A DNA stretch of 64,000 nt from NCBI GenBank assembly GCA_010093605.1, contig MU004194.1, positions 1,464,323 through 1,528,322 of the forward strand, in the 5' to 3' direction. The notes beneath the pieces are model-generated. The model had not been told where the DNA came from and searched no databases. It saw nothing but the letters and a program-made list of their open reading frames with translations. The position numbers were made by a program, and so were the translations under genes. This document shows, piece after piece, positions 61,439 to 64,000 of this stretch (the first letter of the stretch is position 1; each line of letters opens with the position of its first letter). The stretch is from Lophium mytilinum. Lineage: Eukaryota.

Positions 61439-63527
61439 ATGGAAGAATCTCCCGAAAAAGCCCAAGCAACCCGCTTCTCTCACGAGTCCCAGCTCGAGAA
61501 AGCCACTCCCGACGCCACTCACCATGTTATGACCGGCTTTGATACGAGCCTCGAAAGCCTTCCCGATGGATACTTTACTAGCTCCTTTTTCATCGGCACA
61601 ATGCTAGCGGCCGCTCTGGGTCTGCTTGCAGGTGTAGCTGGGTTTGGGTATGCAGCGCCCGTGCTCGCCATCATCAACGCGGATATCGGCCCGGACCCGA
61701 ATCTGGCGTGGGTTGGGCTTGTGTATACGCTTATGTTAGCGGTGTTTTTGACGCTGGTGGGGAGAGTGAGCGATGTGTTCGGGAGGCGCTGGGTCTTTGG
61801 TGAGTGGCCGGTTGCTTGCTTGCTCTTTGATCGGAAGTGACTGACGGCCATGTAGCTGGTGGTAGTTGTCTCGGAGTAATTGGGAGTATAATCTGCGCTG
61901 TAGCAAAGGACATCCCTACGCTCATTGGAGGAACTACGGTGATTGGTGAGTACCTTGGGGAAGTCAAGCTGAAAAGTGGACATGAGTATTCTGACTAGCA
62001 CAGGCATTGCGGCTGCTACACAAGTTTCGTTCCCCATCGTAGTAGGCGAACTACTACCTATGAAATACCGCTTCTACGGGAATGCACTCATTTTCATCTT
62101 TGCGATACCCGGATCTGGGTTTGGGCCTGCTGTTGCGCAAGGTTTCATCACGCACACAAGTGTAGGCTGGAGGGGTATCTACTATCTCGTAAGTATTAGG
62201 TCATAAATCGCTAAAACTGTCGTACTGACTGTTTGGTAGTTGATCGCAATCAATGGCACCGCAGCGCTCTTCTGGATTCTCTTTTACCATCCTCCAACTT
62301 TCCATATGAAGCACCGATCCGGAAAAGTGATGGAATATGTCAAAACGTTTGATTACGTTGGAGCCTTCTTGTTTATTCTTGGGCTTCTGCTGTTCCTGAT
62401 GGGTAAGATTCCACTCGGCAAGTAATCTTAACTCTTACTAATATGCAACAGGTCTCAATTGGGGCGGCAGCACTTACCCATGGAAGTCCGCGCATGTCAT
62501 CGCCGCTATCGTCGTCGGATTCATGCTTATGGTTGCGTTTGTACTATGGGAGAATTTTGCCCCCGCATCATTTCTCAAGGATCCTCTGGTTCCTATGCAT
62601 CTTTTCAGAAATGGGCCATGGGTCATGTCTACAATCGTGCTCGGTGTCGGTGCGGGAATGTACTACGCTTTTGCCATAATCTGTGAGTTTCTCTCAGCCC
62701 TATGCGGCGTTGAACGCTTACTTACCGTCCATTCTAGGGCCCTCTATGGTAGCAGTCCTTTACACGAACGGCGACCCAATGTACGCCAGCATCCTCGCCA
62801 GTCTAGTGGGTCTCGGACTCCTAGCAGGCGAGATCATCGGCGGTCTCCTGGCCACCCCTCTCGGAAAGACGAAGTTCCAGATGATGTTTGCTGTCCTTTC
62901 CGCTGGTATCTTTTTTGGCTGTAAGTCTTCGCAATTCGATTCAGCTTACCTAGATACTGACCTTCAAAAGGCGTCGCAGTCTGCACCCCAGACACCAAAG
63001 CCCTCGCCTGCGGTCTCGTATTCATGGGCTGCTTCTTCGTCGGCTGGGTCGAAAACGTCTGCCTCTCCCTCACCACCATCGCACTAGACGACCAAAACGA
63101 GATCGGTACCGGCGCTGGTGTGGCTGGATCCGTCCGCGCTGCTATCTCAACCATCTCGCAAACCGTCTACGTCGTCGTGCTATCCAATCGCCTTACTTCA
63201 ACCATCTCATCTCAAGTGCCGCCAGCGCTCGTCGCTGCGGGTCTGCCTGCAAGCAGCGTCGTTGACTTCCTCACTGCCATCACAGTTGGCACACCGGCTG
63301 CATTTGCCGCGGTGCCGGGGATCTCGGCGGACATCACTGCTGCTGGGCTGAGGGCGTATAAGGTTGCTAACGCAGACGCGTATCGTACGGTCTTCTTGAC
63401 GACGATTGCGTTTTCAGGGCTAGCTTTAGTGTTGAGTTGCTTCGTGCCGAATGTAGAGGACCGGATGACGGACGATGTGGCAGCGGCGTTGCATAATCGG
63501 AACGATGAGAAGACTGTGGGCTCGTGA
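61439..63527 (+). CDS. MFS transporter, TRI12-like family (second, divergent member)
   Basis: Multi-exon gene. Motifs INADIGPDPN, GRVSDVFGRRW, GELLPMKYR, FYHPPTF, FDYVG, EIGTGAGVAGSVR and AYRTVFLTTIAF. Confidence 0.92.
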
Positions 63528-64000
63528 GAATAGCAGAGGCTTATATCACTGGAGGAAATCTAGCATACTGTTGAGAATATATAAGAAAATAAATTCGCAT
63601 TGAGTTCTTACCTGTCGCGTGGAGGTCAAATGAATATCACGTGATCCTCCTTTCCTACGTCGTGAAGCAGGTATAAATGTCCGATTTGAGCGTCGGATTC
63701 CTGTTCTGCAGAGAGAACGGGACCTTCGGTGGCACTGTTCAATAATCCAGGCCCTGTAAAGCCATGCTCTGTCGACTGTGGAAGATTTCAAGGTTCAAAC
63801 ATACTTCGATGGATGGAAGGTGGCACAGAAACTATGATGTACGTGCGTACGATGGAGTCGGAGTATCTCCCTCTTCCTAATGCTGTTCTCCACCATCAAC
63901 TTACTCACTTGATAATGGCCGGTTCCTTAGATCACTCCTACTCACTTTCACTTACTTTAGACATCTACCACCACCATTTCCCTACAAATCCCTCATTTCC

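Noticed and set aside
58253..63527. Trichothecene or secondary-metabolite cluster implied by TRI12-like transporters
   Set aside because: No terpene cyclase, PKS, NRPS or P450 in the window, and the transporter family is broad.

Overview
This is fungal (Pezizomycotina, probably Dothideomycete) genomic DNA; the taxon is inferred from RIP signatures, short CTRAC-branch introns and gene content. Bases 1 to ~6200 are an AT-rich, RIP-mutated block holding a decayed PIF/Harbinger transposon (DDE transposase plus convergent Myb/SANT-like ORF and subterminal tandem repeats) and a decayed coiled-coil ORF. From ~9 to 45 kb it is mostly a core-gene region: BrlA-like C2H2 factor, TAF4, YSH1/CPSF73, LEU2, APC10, a PTH11-like membrane protein, a PHD protein, an F-box-like protein and several hypotheticals. 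From ~45.8 to 63.5 kb lies a candidate catabolic cluster: APH-family kinase with a PTS1, RidA, ACAD10/11-type acyl-CoA dehydrogenase, HSL-type esterase, Zn-ADH, EthD and two TRI12-type MFS transporters, interrupted by a HET gene and a pseudogene fragment. Two leads stand out. (1) A 312-nt structured intron splits the catalytic HxHxDH motif of the 3'-end endonuclease Ysh1; it has a perfect 15-bp closing stem around poly(A)-signal-like elements and a stop-free frame, suggesting autoregulation by intronic polyadenylation and non-stop decay. (2) A split ACAD10/11 (LvaA/LvaC-like) kinase and dehydrogenase pair, each with a FarA/B-type motif, is clustered with a possible lactonase, suggesting a 4-hydroxy-acid or gamma-lactone catabolic pathway. 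All gene models were read by eye and no database searches were run.
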